IMG/VR virus record: IMGVR_UViG_3300000295_000011
Direction: 5' to 3' (one strand)
Length of the DNA stretch: 57,714 bases
DNA from: a virus
The notes below the pieces were generated by a model. The model ran no database searches. It had not been told where the DNA came from and worked only from the letters and a program-made list of their open reading frames with translations. The first letter of the stretch is position 1; each line of letters begins with the position of its first letter. This document shows, piece after piece, positions 17,842-27,821 of the stretch. The position numbers and the translations under genes were made by a program.

Positions 17842-18402
17842 ATGGGGATCAAGGTCAATCGCAATACGGGCGTGCGCAAGCTCGCTGCCGAAGTCGGCAA
17901 GGTGGGCGCACCCTACGCGGAGATCGGCATCACAGACCCGGAGGTTGCGACCTACGCAATGTACAACGAGTACGGCTGGGTTCAACGCACGACGAAGAAA
18001 CAGACTGGGTATTTCCTGCGTAACTTCGGGATCATGCTCAAGCCGGGGACGCCTCTCAGCTCCCCGCCGCGTCCGTTCATGCGTGCAACCTTCGCCGATG
18101 AGGTCGGCAACTGGAAGAAGATCCTTGCCGCCGGACTCAAGGCCAAGGGCGTCAAGGACGCCAGAGCCGCGCTAGAGATCATGGCGCGGCAGGCACAGGT
18201 CGACATTCAGGAGACGATCCGAAACAACGGCTCGCGCAGTACGAAGTTCCCCGACCGCTCGCTCTTCACGACGTTGCTCTACGACGTGAAGGACGAACGC
18301 AAGGGACGCAACCGCACTGCCGACTCTGGCTCTGGGCGCGACAAGGCGCTTGTCAAGGTCGGAACGATGCTCCACTCTGTCGGCTACGAAATCAAGGGGT
18401 GA
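17842..18402 (+). CDS. head-tail completion protein (HK97 gp10-like)
   Basis: PRPFMRATF motif and position. Confidence 0.45.
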   Translation: MGIKVNRNTGVRKLAAEVGKVGAPYAEIGITDPEVATYAMYNEYGWVQRTTKKQTGYFLRNFGIMLKPGTPLSSPPRPFMRATFADEVGNWKKILAAGLKAKGVKDARAALEIMARQAQVDIQETIRNNGSRSTKFPDRSLFTTLLYDVKDERKGRNRTADSGSGRDKALVKVGTMLHSVGYEIKG

Positions 18403-18405
18403 TGG

Positions 18406-18849
18406 ATGTCAGTCAATCTTCACAAAATCGTGCGAAAGGCGATTCACCACCTGCACTCTGATCAGGCCGCCACGCTCTACCGCTCCACGGGTCGCTACGT
18501 CGACGGTGAGCGAGGGGACGCCGTTCAGCTCTTCGAGGAATTCGGGGAGCTGACGATGCAGATCCAGTCGCTCGGCCCCGACGTGGTACAGCAGGTCGAC
18601 GCAATCACGCAGGCTGCAACGCTTCGCAAGATCTGGGTTTTCGCAGACACGGGAGCCTGGTCGGTCAACCGTCCGCTCGGTCGCACTGGCGACTACCTGA
18701 GAGGCGATGACGGGCGTGTATGGCTTGTCAACGCCGTAATCGAGGACTTCACCCGTAGCGGGTGGGTCAGCCTGCAGTGCCAGCAACAGACGACCCCTGT
18801 GGACATCTACTACGAGACTGAGGAGGGGCTATGCCGCTTGCCGCTGTAA
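18406..18849 (+). CDS. hypothetical neck/tail completion protein
   Basis: 147-aa ORF in the structural block. Confidence 0.5.
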   Translation: MSVNLHKIVRKAIHHLHSDQAATLYRSTGRYVDGERGDAVQLFEEFGELTMQIQSLGPDVVQQVDAITQAATLRKIWVFADTGAWSVNRPLGRTGDYLRGDDGRVWLVNAVIEDFTRSGWVSLQCQQQTTPVDIYYETEEGLCRLPL

Positions 18850-19391
18850 AGCAGGAGCAGATCACCGAAGCCTTCCGAAGCTACCTCAGGAAGTTCGCCG
18901 TCCCGCCGTATGCGAACGACGATGCGCGGCATCTCATCAACGGCTTCGCCAACGACCTCGGCCTGCCCGAGGACAACGATTTCACCGTATTCACGCCGAT
19001 CAGCATGACGCGGCGCGGATCGACGATCGAAACTCATGACGCAGTCTCTGAGACCTCTCTACTTCATGAGTATGTCGACCTGGTGGTTCAAGTGGACTGC
19101 TACAGCGCAGACCGCTTCGCTGCCCGCGATCGAGCGCAGGCATACGAGCTTGCGGGTCGGTCAACTTACGGTGCGGATCACTTCCGCGCCTACGGCCTCG
19201 ACCTCCAGTACGTCGACGGCCTTCAGAATCTCACTGCTCCGACGGACTCGGGGCGGTACGTCCCGAGATGGGCGGTCACGTTCCACCTCGGATTCAAGCG
19301 CACATTGAAGATAGACCAAGACGGGTTCCGCTTCGTCGAGGTAGACCTTGCCAATGTTGACGTGAAATTCAAACCGAAGGAAAAGCAATGA
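18831..19391 (+). CDS. hypothetical tail completion protein
   Basis: 186-aa ORF overlapping both neighbours. Confidence 0.5.
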   Translation: MPLAAVKQEQITEAFRSYLRKFAVPPYANDDARHLINGFANDLGLPEDNDFTVFTPISMTRRGSTIETHDAVSETSLLHEYVDLVVQVDCYSADRFAARDRAQAYELAGRSTYGADHFRAYGLDLQYVDGLQNLTAPTDSGRYVPRWAVTFHLGFKRTLKIDQDGFRFVEVDLANVDVKFKPKEKQ

Positions 19392-20920
19392 TTCCTGCAT
19401 CTCACATTGTGAAGGTCACGCCGCGCGTCATCTCTGGCGGTAGCTCCGACCTCGAAACCAACGGCCTGCTCCTCACGAAGTCGGCCCTTATCCCCTCCGA
19501 CGTTCCCGCCGTCGAGTTCTCCTCCGCCGCCGCCGTTGCCGACTTCTTCGGCAGCGAGGCCGAGGAAACCGTCTTTGCTCAGCAGTACTTCACGGGCGTC
19601 ACCAATCAGCAGAAGGCCGTCAACGCCATCGTGATCGGTCGCTTCATCTCCGAAGCCGCTCCCGCTTGGGTGCGCGGCGGCACGGTCACGACGAAGCTCG
19701 CCACCTTCAAGGCCATCACGGACGGCACGCTTACGCTCGAGGTCAACGGCGAGGAAGTCACCGCCGAGAACATCGACCTTTCCGCTTGCACCTCTCTTTC
19801 CGAGGTTGCCGCCAAGGTTGCCGAAGGCATTGCCGGTGTGACGGGCGCTTATAACGCCAACTCCCAGAAGTTCACCTTCACGACCGAGAAGACGGGCGCG
19901 GATGCCTCCCTGAACCTGGTCGGCGTTGCCGCCGTGGGCACGGCCATCGTCGGCGAATCCCTCGTCGCCTCCGGAGTCAAGGGCACGGGGCTGAGCGATG
20001 CGCTCGGCCTCACGGTTTCCCTCGGTGCTGTGGTTTCCCCGGGCGCGGACATTCAGACTCCCGCCGCCGCGCTTGAGAACGTCTGCTCCGTCACGCGCAA
20101 CTGGGTCGGCTTCACCACGCTTTGGGAAGCTACGCTCGAACAGGCCGAAGGCTTTGCCGCATGGGCGGACATTGATGACGACTACGTGTACGTCGATTGG
20201 ACGACGGACGTCCGCTGCATCGACACGCTCACGCAGGCCGAGACGAAGCCCGCCAAGATGAAGGATCGATTCAACTGCGCGATTTGCCTCTACGGTACGT
20301 CCGCCTTTGCCGCCTTCGTCCTCGCTGTCGGCGCTTCGATCGACTGGCAGAGAAATCAGGGCATGAAGGTCTGGTTCGCCAAGTCCGCCACGGGTCTCTC
20401 CCCGACGATTCAGAACGAAGCCGCCGCCGATGCGCTTGAGGCCATCCGTTGCTCCTACTTCGGCAACTTCGCCACGCGTAACGACGCCTTCCAGTTCATG
20501 AATACGGGCGCGCTCTGCTCTGACTACTACGGCTTCATCGACGTGCTCTACGGCTCGATCTACCTGCGCAACGCCATTCAGCGTTCGTGCATGGACGGCT
20601 TCAAGGCGATCAACCGCGCTCCGTATAACGACATGGGTCGCGCATACATCTCCGCCTGGCTTCAGGATCCGATCAGCCTCTGCCTGCGTAATGGCGTCAT
20701 CGACCCGGGGCTCGATCTCTCCGAGTCTCAGCGTGCGCAGATCATGCAGGAAGTCGGTCAGGACATCACCGGTGCGCTCTTCACGAAGGGCTACTGGTAC
20801 GGCATCGAGATGCCGAGCGCCAACGTCCGAGCAGAGCGCGGCTCGCCTATCGTGTCAATTTTCTATTGCTACGCAGGGGCAATTCAGAGAATCACGGCAG
20901 AGGTAACAAGCATCATTTAG
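19388..20920 (+). CDS. tail sheath protein (DUF3383-like)
   Basis: 510 aa. Upstream of the tube, chaperone and tape measure genes. Confidence 0.65.
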   Translation: MIPASHIVKVTPRVISGGSSDLETNGLLLTKSALIPSDVPAVEFSSAAAVADFFGSEAEETVFAQQYFTGVTNQQKAVNAIVIGRFISEAAPAWVRGGTVTTKLATFKAITDGTLTLEVNGEEVTAENIDLSACTSLSEVAAKVAEGIAGVTGAYNANSQKFTFTTEKTGADASLNLVGVAAVGTAIVGESLVASGVKGTGLSDALGLTVSLGAVVSPGADIQTPAAALENVCSVTRNWVGFTTLWEATLEQAEGFAAWADIDDDYVYVDWTTDVRCIDTLTQAETKPAKMKDRFNCAICLYGTSAFAAFVLAVGASIDWQRNQGMKVWFAKSATGLSPTIQNEAAADALEAIRCSYFGNFATRNDAFQFMNTGALCSDYYGFIDVLYGSIYLRNAIQRSCMDGFKAINRAPYNDMGRAYISAWLQDPISLCLRNGVIDPGLDLSESQRAQIMQEVGQDITGALFTKGYWYGIEMPSANVRAERGSPIVSIFYCYAGAIQRITAEVTSII

Positions 20921-20965
20921 CCGTTGATGTTGCTATAATGAGCCCATGTCCTTTTGGAGGAAATC

Positions 20966-21883
20966 GTGGGCTCATTAGATCTCACTGGTCAGGTGTATGG
21001 TCGGCTTACCGTTATCAGGCGAGCCGAAAACGTGAACGGACGAACGCGGTGGCATTGCCTGTGCTCTTGCGGAAATGAAACTGATGTGGCGACAGGTCTA
21101 CTACGGAGCGGAGGAACCCGCTCATGCGGATGCCTCTCGAAAGAGAACCGCGAGACCCCGCGTGCTCACCTAGAGGGTCAGCGATTCGGACGGTTAACTG
21201 TCTTGAGGCGGTCTGAGAACAGGGGGGCTAGTGGTCGTCGCCTGTGGGTGTGCAAGTGCGATTGCGGCAACACCTGCGAAGCTGAAGGCTATAGCTTGAA
21301 GGGTGGAAGCGTTAGATCGTGCGGATGCCTAGCTCACGAAGTTCGCGTCGAAACAGGCAAGAAGTCTAGAGGCCGCAAGTCCTCTAGGTTCATTGACCTG
21401 ACAGGGCAGAGGTTCGGACGCTTGACCGTTATCGAGCGCGGAGAAAACTCTGCGGCTGGTGCCACTAGGTGGCGGTGCATTTGTGACTGCGGTAAAGAGA
21501 CGTTGACGATAGCGAGTAAGTTACGTGCAGGCCTCGCAAAGTCATGCGGCTGTCTTGGACTCGAGAACGCAACAAAAGCGAAGGTCACCCACGGTCATGC
21601 GAACACCCCGATCTACCGAGTCTTCAGAGCTATGCACAACCGATGCGAGTCTGAAACTTGCCAAGGGTTCAAGTGGTACGGGCAGCGAGGCATTCGAGTT
21701 TGCGACGAGTGGAAGGATTTTCAGGCTTTCTACGACTGGGCTATGGCTAACGGTTACAAGAAAGGACTGACTGTCGACCGACTGGATCCCGACAAGGGGT
21801 ACAGCCCTGAGAACTGCGAACTCGTGACCCGCGCCGAAAACTCAAGGCGTATGCACGCGGCTCACGGACACAAAACAACCTGA
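20966..21883 (+). CDS. free-standing HNH/AP2-type endonuclease-like protein with a 3x Zn-ribbon repeat
   Basis: Three repeats of GRLTV(I/L)xRxEN..G...W.C.C.CG, then a C-terminal WKDFQAFYDWAMANGYKKGLTVDRLDPDKGYSPENCELVTRAENSRRM. GTG at 20966 follows GGAGG. Confidence 0.6.
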   Translation: MGSLDLTGQVYGRLTVIRRAENVNGRTRWHCLCSCGNETDVATGLLRSGGTRSCGCLSKENRETPRAHLEGQRFGRLTVLRRSENRGASGRRLWVCKCDCGNTCEAEGYSLKGGSVRSCGCLAHEVRVETGKKSRGRKSSRFIDLTGQRFGRLTVIERGENSAAGATRWRCICDCGKETLTIASKLRAGLAKSCGCLGLENATKAKVTHGHANTPIYRVFRAMHNRCESETCQGFKWYGQRGIRVCDEWKDFQAFYDWAMANGYKKGLTVDRLDPDKGYSPENCELVTRAENSRRMHAAHGHKTT

Positions 21884-21944
21884 CAACACACAAAATTTTT
21901 AATAGGGCTTCCCGCGCGGAGGCCCTTTTTCTTGGAGCCGAAAA

Positions 21945-22373
21945 ATGGCCGATTACTTTGACGTAACCAGTGCGAACGTCCAAATCATTCTCGCTTGTGA
22001 AGATCTCTACCCGTCCGGCGTGAAGCTCGAGGGCTTCTCCGCCGACAGCGTGATGACTGCCGACGGCGTGGACCAGTCCGAAAACCGTCGCGGCGTTGAT
22101 GGCCGCATGGTCTCCGGCGTGGTCAAGAACATTCAGCCCGTCAGCATCGTGCTTGAAGCCAACTCCCCGAGCCTCGAGGTCTTCGAGACTATCCGCGACG
22201 CTATGAGCGCCAACTGCAAGCCGTATGAGCTTACCCTCACGGTCTTCGTGCCCGCCCTTGAAAAGACCATCGTCTTCCGCCGTGGTGCCCTCAAGAACGG
22301 CCCGAACCTCCCGAGCGTTCAGAAGACCCTTCAGCCCACGACGTGGACCATGGAATTTCAGGAAGTCGCCTGA
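21945..22373 (+). CDS. tail tube protein (DUF3277-like)
   Basis: 142 aa, between sheath and chaperone. Confidence 0.6.
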   Translation: MADYFDVTSANVQIILACEDLYPSGVKLEGFSADSVMTADGVDQSENRRGVDGRMVSGVVKNIQPVSIVLEANSPSLEVFETIRDAMSANCKPYELTLTVFVPALEKTIVFRRGALKNGPNLPSVQKTLQPTTWTMEFQEVA

Positions 22374-22397
22374 TTGACGCACTGAGGAGAAGTTGGA

Positions 22398-22805
22398 ATG
22401 GATGACATTACCCTGAAGATCAACGACGCAGGCCACGACATGACCTTCGTCATCGAGAAGATGAGCGCCTTCAAGGCGGAAGGTTGGCTGATCCGCGCAG
22501 GTCTCCTGCTCGGACGCGAGGCCATCACCGCCGAAGGCGTCAAGGACTATCGAGGCCTGGTTGCCGCGTTGTGCAAGGTCGAGTACGAGAAGGCCGCTCC
22601 CCTGCTCGACGAACTGCTCGCCTGCTGCAAGGTGCGCGTCGGGAAACTGAAGAAGAGCGTGACCGACGACGGCATGATTCAGTCGCCGTTGACGCTCCTG
22701 ACCCTTCGCGTGGAGGCGCTCAAGGCGAACTTCGGTTTTTTGCAGAGCGCAAACCTGTCCAACTTCCTCGGTGGGCAGGCTTCAGAGCCGACTGTGAAGG
22801 CGTAA
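22398..22805 (+). CDS. tail assembly chaperone (G-like, zero-frame product)
   Basis: 135 aa, directly before the tape measure gene. Confidence 0.7.
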   Translation: MDDITLKINDAGHDMTFVIEKMSAFKAEGWLIRAGLLLGREAITAEGVKDYRGLVAALCKVEYEKAAPLLDELLACCKVRVGKLKKSVTDDGMIQSPLTLLTLRVEALKANFGFLQSANLSNFLGGQASEPTVKA

Positions 22806-22990
22806 GAGGGGTCGCCTCCTACGCCAACATTCCGCCGCTCGCAGGGCGTCTCATCTCCGCTCGCCTCGCGTCACTGGCGGAGCTAAAAACCGTTCTTACC
22901 TACGAGGATGCCGTTAACCTCGATGAGGTTCTTCTGTTGGACAACTACCACAAGTGGTTGGCGGCAAAACAAGCTGAGGAGAAAATCTAA
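22398..22990 (+). CDS. tail assembly chaperone -1 frameshift fusion (GT-like)
   Basis: The -1 frame stays open from the slippery site to 22990 and ends 1 nt before the tape measure ATG. Confidence 0.6.
22736..22742 (+). promoter_or_regulatory. slippery heptamer T_TTT_TTG for the -1 programmed frameshift
   Basis: Zero-frame codons are ggT TTT TTG. The -1 frame continues FFAERKPVQ... to 22990. Confidence 0.6.
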
Positions 22991-25045
22991 ATGGCCGGCA
23001 ACATCATCGACAGTCTGTTAGTGAAGATCGGCCTCGACTCCGAACAGCTCAAGGACGGTTTGGATCAAGCGGCACAGGGCATCGACAACTTCGCACGCGG
23101 CGCAGAGCGTTCGGGCGAGGCGGTCGACCGACTGGCAGCACACGCCACGAAATCGGGGCTTCTGCTCGGCAACGTCTCGGACGATGTCGCAGAGCGAATC
23201 CTCGAGATCGGGTCAAGCGGTCAGAAGGCGGCACTTGCCGCAGGCCGCGCAATGGACAGCCTCGGCAAGCAGGTCGGGGCGATCGGCGAGAAGATCATGG
23301 CGCTCGGTGCGCCGCTCCTCGCGGCTTTCGGCGGGACTGCTCTCTTTCAATCCTTCGTCCAAGACGGGAACGCGCTAGCAATCCTGTCCGACCGACTGGG
23401 CGTGTCTGCCCAGAAGATCGACGCATGGGCGAAGGCGAATGAGGATGCAGGCGGCAGTCAGGAAGCCTTCAAGGGTGCGCTTGAAAACTTCATCCTGACC
23501 ACGGGCAAAGGCGAGAAGGCCTTCTTTGAGATGGGCGACCATATCAAGGGGCTTAGCCAAAGGCAGGCGGAATACTTCCTGCAGTCGCAGGGGCTGTCTG
23601 CCGATGCCGCCGCCGTGTTCCTGAAGTACCGTGACAATGCGGAGGAGGCCGCCAAGGCCTTCGAGGGTGTCGCCTTCACTGATGAGCAGGTCAAGCTAGC
23701 ACGTGAGTTCAATCGCCAGTGGCGCAACTTCACGAACCAGGCTTCATCGCTCGGTGGCGTGCTTCTCACGGCAGTGATGCCGCCGCTTACCGCCGTCATG
23801 AAGACGATCAGTTCGGGTGTGGGCTATCTTGCGGAGCATTCCCGCTTCGTGAAGATAGCCGCCGGGGCGATTGCCGCCATCTTCGGCGGGGCGTACCTGC
23901 GCAACATCGTCGCGGCGGTCAAGGCGTCTGGCCTTTTCGTGAACGTCTTCGTGAAGGGGATGCCCGTCATCAAGGCGTTCAACGCCGCGCTGTTGGCAAA
24001 CCCTCTGGGCGTTCTGATTGCCGCTGCCGTTGCGGCCAGCGTGGTCATCGACGACTTCGCGGGCTTCCTCGAAGGCGACATATCGGCGCTTGAGTCGTTC
24101 ATGAAGTGGTGCGGTCTCACCAGTGAGGAGGTCGACAACATCAGGCAGAACATCCTGAGCTTCTGCCGCGCCGTGTGGAACATCCCGAACAACATCAAGC
24201 TCGCGCTCGGTGAGGCTTGGGATGTGATTAAGGAGATGGGCGCATGGTTCGCCGACCTGTTCCATCTCCCCGACGCGAAGGCGTTTACGGACTTCTTCGC
24301 CAAGGTAGGCGACGTTGCGGGATCCATCGGGTCGACCCTCTGGGGTGGCATCGTTGAGGGCTTCCGCTTCATCGACTACATCGCCGATGCGCTCGGCGGT
24401 TTGCCCGATGCGTTCGTCAAGGGCTTCGACAACGGGATCAGCTACATCTACGAGAAATTCCTCGCGTGGCTGGTCGAGCCGTTGCGCAGTCTCCTGCCCG
24501 AATCGCTTGACGGCCTGAGGCCTGCTGCCGACAAGGCGGCGTCCGCCATCTACGACGCGTTGATGTTCCCGATCCGTCAGATCAAGAAGGCCTTCGAGGG
24601 GCTTTTCGGGAGCTTCGACGCCTTTGCCGACAAGGCAAAGGGGATCCTCGGAAAGGTCGGCAGTTTCTTCGGCTTCGGCGACGAGGCGAAGGATCCCGCG
24701 CCCGCCCCGCAAAAGGGCGAGGTGACGGTCAAGGCCGATCCCACGGACAAACAGACGGGCGGATTCCTCGACGGCCTCACCGACAAGGTGGGCGGGTGGA
24801 TGTCTTCCCTGCTTGCGTCACCGACCCCTGCTGTGGCCGGTGCGCCGGCAGGGATTGCGGCATCGAGCGCGGGCGCTTCGAACGCGGTCAACACCGACAT
24901 GAAGGTGACGGTGCAGACCACGGTCAACGCCTCGGGCGACGGCGAGGCAATCGGCGAAGCCGTTGCGGGCAGTGTCCATAAGGCGATGGGCAAGGCGCGA
25001 GACTACATTCAGAATTCTGTCTCGGGCGTTGTCCAAAAGGGGTGA
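22991..25045 (+). CDS. tape measure protein
   Basis: 684 aa, Ala/Gly-rich with hydrophobic central segments. Follows the frameshifted chaperone. Confidence 0.85.
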   Translation: MAGNIIDSLLVKIGLDSEQLKDGLDQAAQGIDNFARGAERSGEAVDRLAAHATKSGLLLGNVSDDVAERILEIGSSGQKAALAAGRAMDSLGKQVGAIGEKIMALGAPLLAAFGGTALFQSFVQDGNALAILSDRLGVSAQKIDAWAKANEDAGGSQEAFKGALENFILTTGKGEKAFFEMGDHIKGLSQRQAEYFLQSQGLSADAAAVFLKYRDNAEEAAKAFEGVAFTDEQVKLAREFNRQWRNFTNQASSLGGVLLTAVMPPLTAVMKTISSGVGYLAEHSRFVKIAAGAIAAIFGGAYLRNIVAAVKASGLFVNVFVKGMPVIKAFNAALLANPLGVLIAAAVAASVVIDDFAGFLEGDISALESFMKWCGLTSEEVDNIRQNILSFCRAVWNIPNNIKLALGEAWDVIKEMGAWFADLFHLPDAKAFTDFFAKVGDVAGSIGSTLWGGIVEGFRFIDYIADALGGLPDAFVKGFDNGISYIYEKFLAWLVEPLRSLLPESLDGLRPAADKAASAIYDALMFPIRQIKKAFEGLFGSFDAFADKAKGILGKVGSFFGFGDEAKDPAPAPQKGEVTVKADPTDKQTGGFLDGLTDKVGGWMSSLLASPTPAVAGAPAGIAASSAGASNAVNTDMKVTVQTTVNASGDGEAIGEAVAGSVHKAMGKARDYIQNSVSGVVQKG

Positions 25046-25048
25046 CTC

Positions 25049-25543
25049 ATGTCAGTTGAAATTCTCTCGTGGGCTATCCTCGATGCGAAGGGCAACCCGA
25101 TTTGCGACTACGACTCGATCGACGATCTCGGCGAGGACACCTCTGCCGTCGTGCCCGTGGAGCCGCAGGAAAACGGCGCGCTCTACGCATACGACAAGGT
25201 CGTACAGCCTCAGCAGATCACCGTGACGCTTCTCTTCTCGGGCGACTATGCCGCTCAGGAAGCGGCAATCGCGAGGATCGACGCTGCCCTGCGGGGGTTG
25301 GAGGCGTTCATCGTGGTCACGCCGACCACGGTACGCTCGAACATGACGCTGATCGCCGCAAGCTCGACCCGATCCTCTACGGGCGGGGCGAACCTGCTCT
25401 CCGTTGACCTCACCTTTCAGGAAGTCCGCTCCGCCAACGTCGGTGGCGGCTCCGTGGCGTGGTCGCCGAAGAAGGCCACGGGCGCTAGCAAAGTCGACGG
25501 CGGCAAGCGGCAGATTACGTTTGTCAGAGGGTGGTTCTCATGA
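25049..25543 (+). CDS. hypothetical tail protein
   Basis: 164-aa ORF after the tape measure gene. Confidence 0.5.
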   Translation: MSVEILSWAILDAKGNPICDYDSIDDLGEDTSAVVPVEPQENGALYAYDKVVQPQQITVTLLFSGDYAAQEAAIARIDAALRGLEAFIVVTPTTVRSNMTLIAASSTRSSTGGANLLSVDLTFQEVRSANVGGGSVAWSPKKATGASKVDGGKRQITFVRGWFS

Positions 25544-25848
25544 TGCGCATTCCGCTTTCCAACATTCCGAATCAACGGTTCTCCGTTGTTCTCGATGGAC
25601 AGAACTGCACCATCAGCCTGAAGCAGAACGGCGGGGCGCTCTATCTGAGCCTCGCAGTCGACCAGGTCGACGTGGTTACCGGGCATATCTGCAACAACGG
25701 AAGCCCCGTGCCGATCTTTCAGACAACCGCCTTTTCGGGGCGTCTTTACTTCTACGACGTGTTAGGGGACTCCCACCCGGACTACTCAGGACTGTCTGAT
25801 CGGTACTACCTCGTTTACTTGGCAGAGGGCGAAAAATGGCAGGCGTGA
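25540..25848 (+). CDS. hypothetical tail/baseplate protein
   Basis: ATGA-coupled start (MMRIPLSN). Confidence 0.5.
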   Translation: MMRIPLSNIPNQRFSVVLDGQNCTISLKQNGGALYLSLAVDQVDVVTGHICNNGSPVPIFQTTAFSGRLYFYDVLGDSHPDYSGLSDRYYLVYLAEGEKWQA

Positions 25849-26690
25849 CTTTTTCCGAAAAGGCGCTGCGCCTGACGGTCACGCTCGACAAGGCGGGTGC
25901 GAACAACGTCTACACGCTCACGGGCTTCGCTACTCATGTGGCGATCTCGAAACAGGGCGGCGTGGACTTCGCGAAGGCGTCGGTCGAGGTCTATGGGCTG
26001 TCACTTGACACGATGGCTCAGCTCACGATGCTCTCCTTCCGCCCGCTCGGTCGCCGATGGAACCTGCTCCAAGTCGAAGCAGGCGAGGGCGGGAACTACT
26101 CCGTGGTCTTTCAGGGCGAGGTGACGAACGCCTACGCCGATCTGAACGGGGCTTGCCCCGTGATGAAGATGGAAGCCCAGACGGGTAGCTACCCTGTCTT
26201 GCAACCTGAGGGGCAACTGGCCATCTCGGGTCAGCAGTCGGCGGCGGAAACCGTCGGGATGCTTGCGCAGAAGACGGGCAAGACGTTCCGCAATGATGGG
26301 GTCGAGGCGACGCTCTCCGACTGCATAATCACGGGCGACCCGATCACGAAGATGCGACAGATCGCCAACAGCGTCGGCGCAGACCTCCTCATCGACGACG
26401 ATGAGATCGTCCTCCTGCCGCGCGGCAAGGTGAGAGAGACGGGCGGGATCCCGCTTGTCTCCGCAGACACTGGGATGGTCGGGTACCCGACGTTCACGCA
26501 GAACGGCATTCAAGTCGTTTCGTACTTCCGCCCCGATCTCCGCATCGGTGCGGCGGTGCGCGTCGAATCCATCGTCCCGTCCGCTTCGGGCACTTGGAAG
26601 ATCGTCAATCTTTCCCACGACCTAACGGCACACAAGCCCGGCGGCGGTTCGTGGCGCACAACGTTCGAGGGGATGTGGCTCGATGAGTGA
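25836..26690 (+). CDS. baseplate hub-like protein
   Basis: 284 aa, position upstream of the spike gene. Confidence 0.45.
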   Translation: MAGVTFSEKALRLTVTLDKAGANNVYTLTGFATHVAISKQGGVDFAKASVEVYGLSLDTMAQLTMLSFRPLGRRWNLLQVEAGEGGNYSVVFQGEVTNAYADLNGACPVMKMEAQTGSYPVLQPEGQLAISGQQSAAETVGMLAQKTGKTFRNDGVEATLSDCIITGDPITKMRQIANSVGADLLIDDDEIVLLPRGKVRETGGIPLVSADTGMVGYPTFTQNGIQVVSYFRPDLRIGAAVRVESIVPSASGTWKIVNLSHDLTAHKPGGGSWRTTFEGMWLDE

Positions 26691-27453
26691 CGAACTGAAG
26701 CTCAATACCTCTGAGTTCACGGCTAGCTCCGAACTCAACGCCCTGCACTTCATGATTCAGTCAATCGTGAAGGGGATGGTCAATACGGCCATCCCCGTCC
26801 GCGTGGACTCAGTCAACCGCACGGGCGAGGGCAACGGCGCGGAGTACCTCTCTGCGACGCCCCTGGTCGAGATGCGCACCGCCTCGGGCGAGGCAATCCC
26901 GAACGTTTCGATCCCGAAGCTCAGGTGGTTCAGGCTTCAGCATGGGACGGCGGCAATCATCGTCGACCCGAAGCCCGGTGACATCGGCCTTGCGATCTTC
27001 GCTCAGCAGGATGTGTCCGCACTGAACGGCGAGGCTACGCCCGTGCAGCCGGGTAGCTTCCGTTGCTTCGATATGTCCGACGGGTTCTACATCGGCGGGT
27101 TCTGGGGGAAGAAGCCCACTACCTTCATCCACTTGGAGGAAGAGGGCACGATTCACGTCGTAGCTCCCCAGAGCATCAACGAGGAGACGCCCGCGCTCAC
27201 GATCAAGTGCGATACGGCGCGGGTCGAGGCTTCGTCCTCGGTCACGCTCGACACGCCTGCGACATCTTGCACGGGGACGCTGACCGTTACGGGTCTCATC
27301 ACCGGCAAAGGCGGGCTTGCCATCTCCGGCGGCTCTGGCGCATCGGTCGACGGCTCCCTCACCACGACGGGCGACGTTGTTGCGGCGGGCGTCTCGCTTG
27401 ACACTCACACCCACCCGGGCGACTCGGGCGGGACAACAGGGACACCACAGTAA
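26683..27453 (+). CDS. baseplate central spike (gpV / gp138-N-like)
   Basis: 256 aa. C-terminal GVSLDTHTHPGDSGGTTG spike-tip type motif. Confidence 0.6.
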   Translation: MSDELKLNTSEFTASSELNALHFMIQSIVKGMVNTAIPVRVDSVNRTGEGNGAEYLSATPLVEMRTASGEAIPNVSIPKLRWFRLQHGTAAIIVDPKPGDIGLAIFAQQDVSALNGEATPVQPGSFRCFDMSDGFYIGGFWGKKPTTFIHLEEEGTIHVVAPQSINEETPALTIKCDTARVEASSSVTLDTPATSCTGTLTVTGLITGKGGLAISGGSGASVDGSLTTTGDVVAAGVSLDTHTHPGDSGGTTGTPQ

Positions 27454-27821
27454 TGGCTCACACGAACTACACGCCTCAGCTCACCGCGTCCGCCTGTTTC
27501 ACGTTCGACGGCAACGGGAACCTGAAGATGCTCGAGGGCACGGCGGCGACACTGCAGAACGTCTCGAACGAATGCAGGTGCTTTACCGATGACCTGTACT
27601 TCTACGCGGAGCATGGCATCGACTGGTTCTCCGATCAGTTGGGCAAGCCCGTGCAGAAGGCCGTGACCGCCGCCCGCCTGAGGGATGCGGCCTTGTCGGT
27701 CGAGGGCGTGGAGGCCGTGGAGGCCGTGGAGATTGACGACGTGGACAGTCGCGCCCGCACACTGACGGGGCGCATCACCATCCGAACAACTGAGGGCGAT
27801 CATGGCCGTAGTGAAATTTGA
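27453..27821 (+). CDS. baseplate wedge protein (gpW/gp25-like)
   Basis: 122 aa, immediately before the J-like gene. Confidence 0.45.
   Translation: MAHTNYTPQLTASACFTFDGNGNLKMLEGTAATLQNVSNECRCFTDDLYFYAEHGIDWFSDQLGKPVQKAVTAARLRDAALSVEGVEAVEAVEIDDVDSRARTLTGRITIRTTEGDHGRSEI

Noticed and set aside
27700-27735. Tandem repeat GTGGAGGCC x2-3 in the gpW-like gene.
   Set aside because: It is a short in-frame duplication (VEAVEAVE) inside a coding region, with no sign of a regulatory or variable function.
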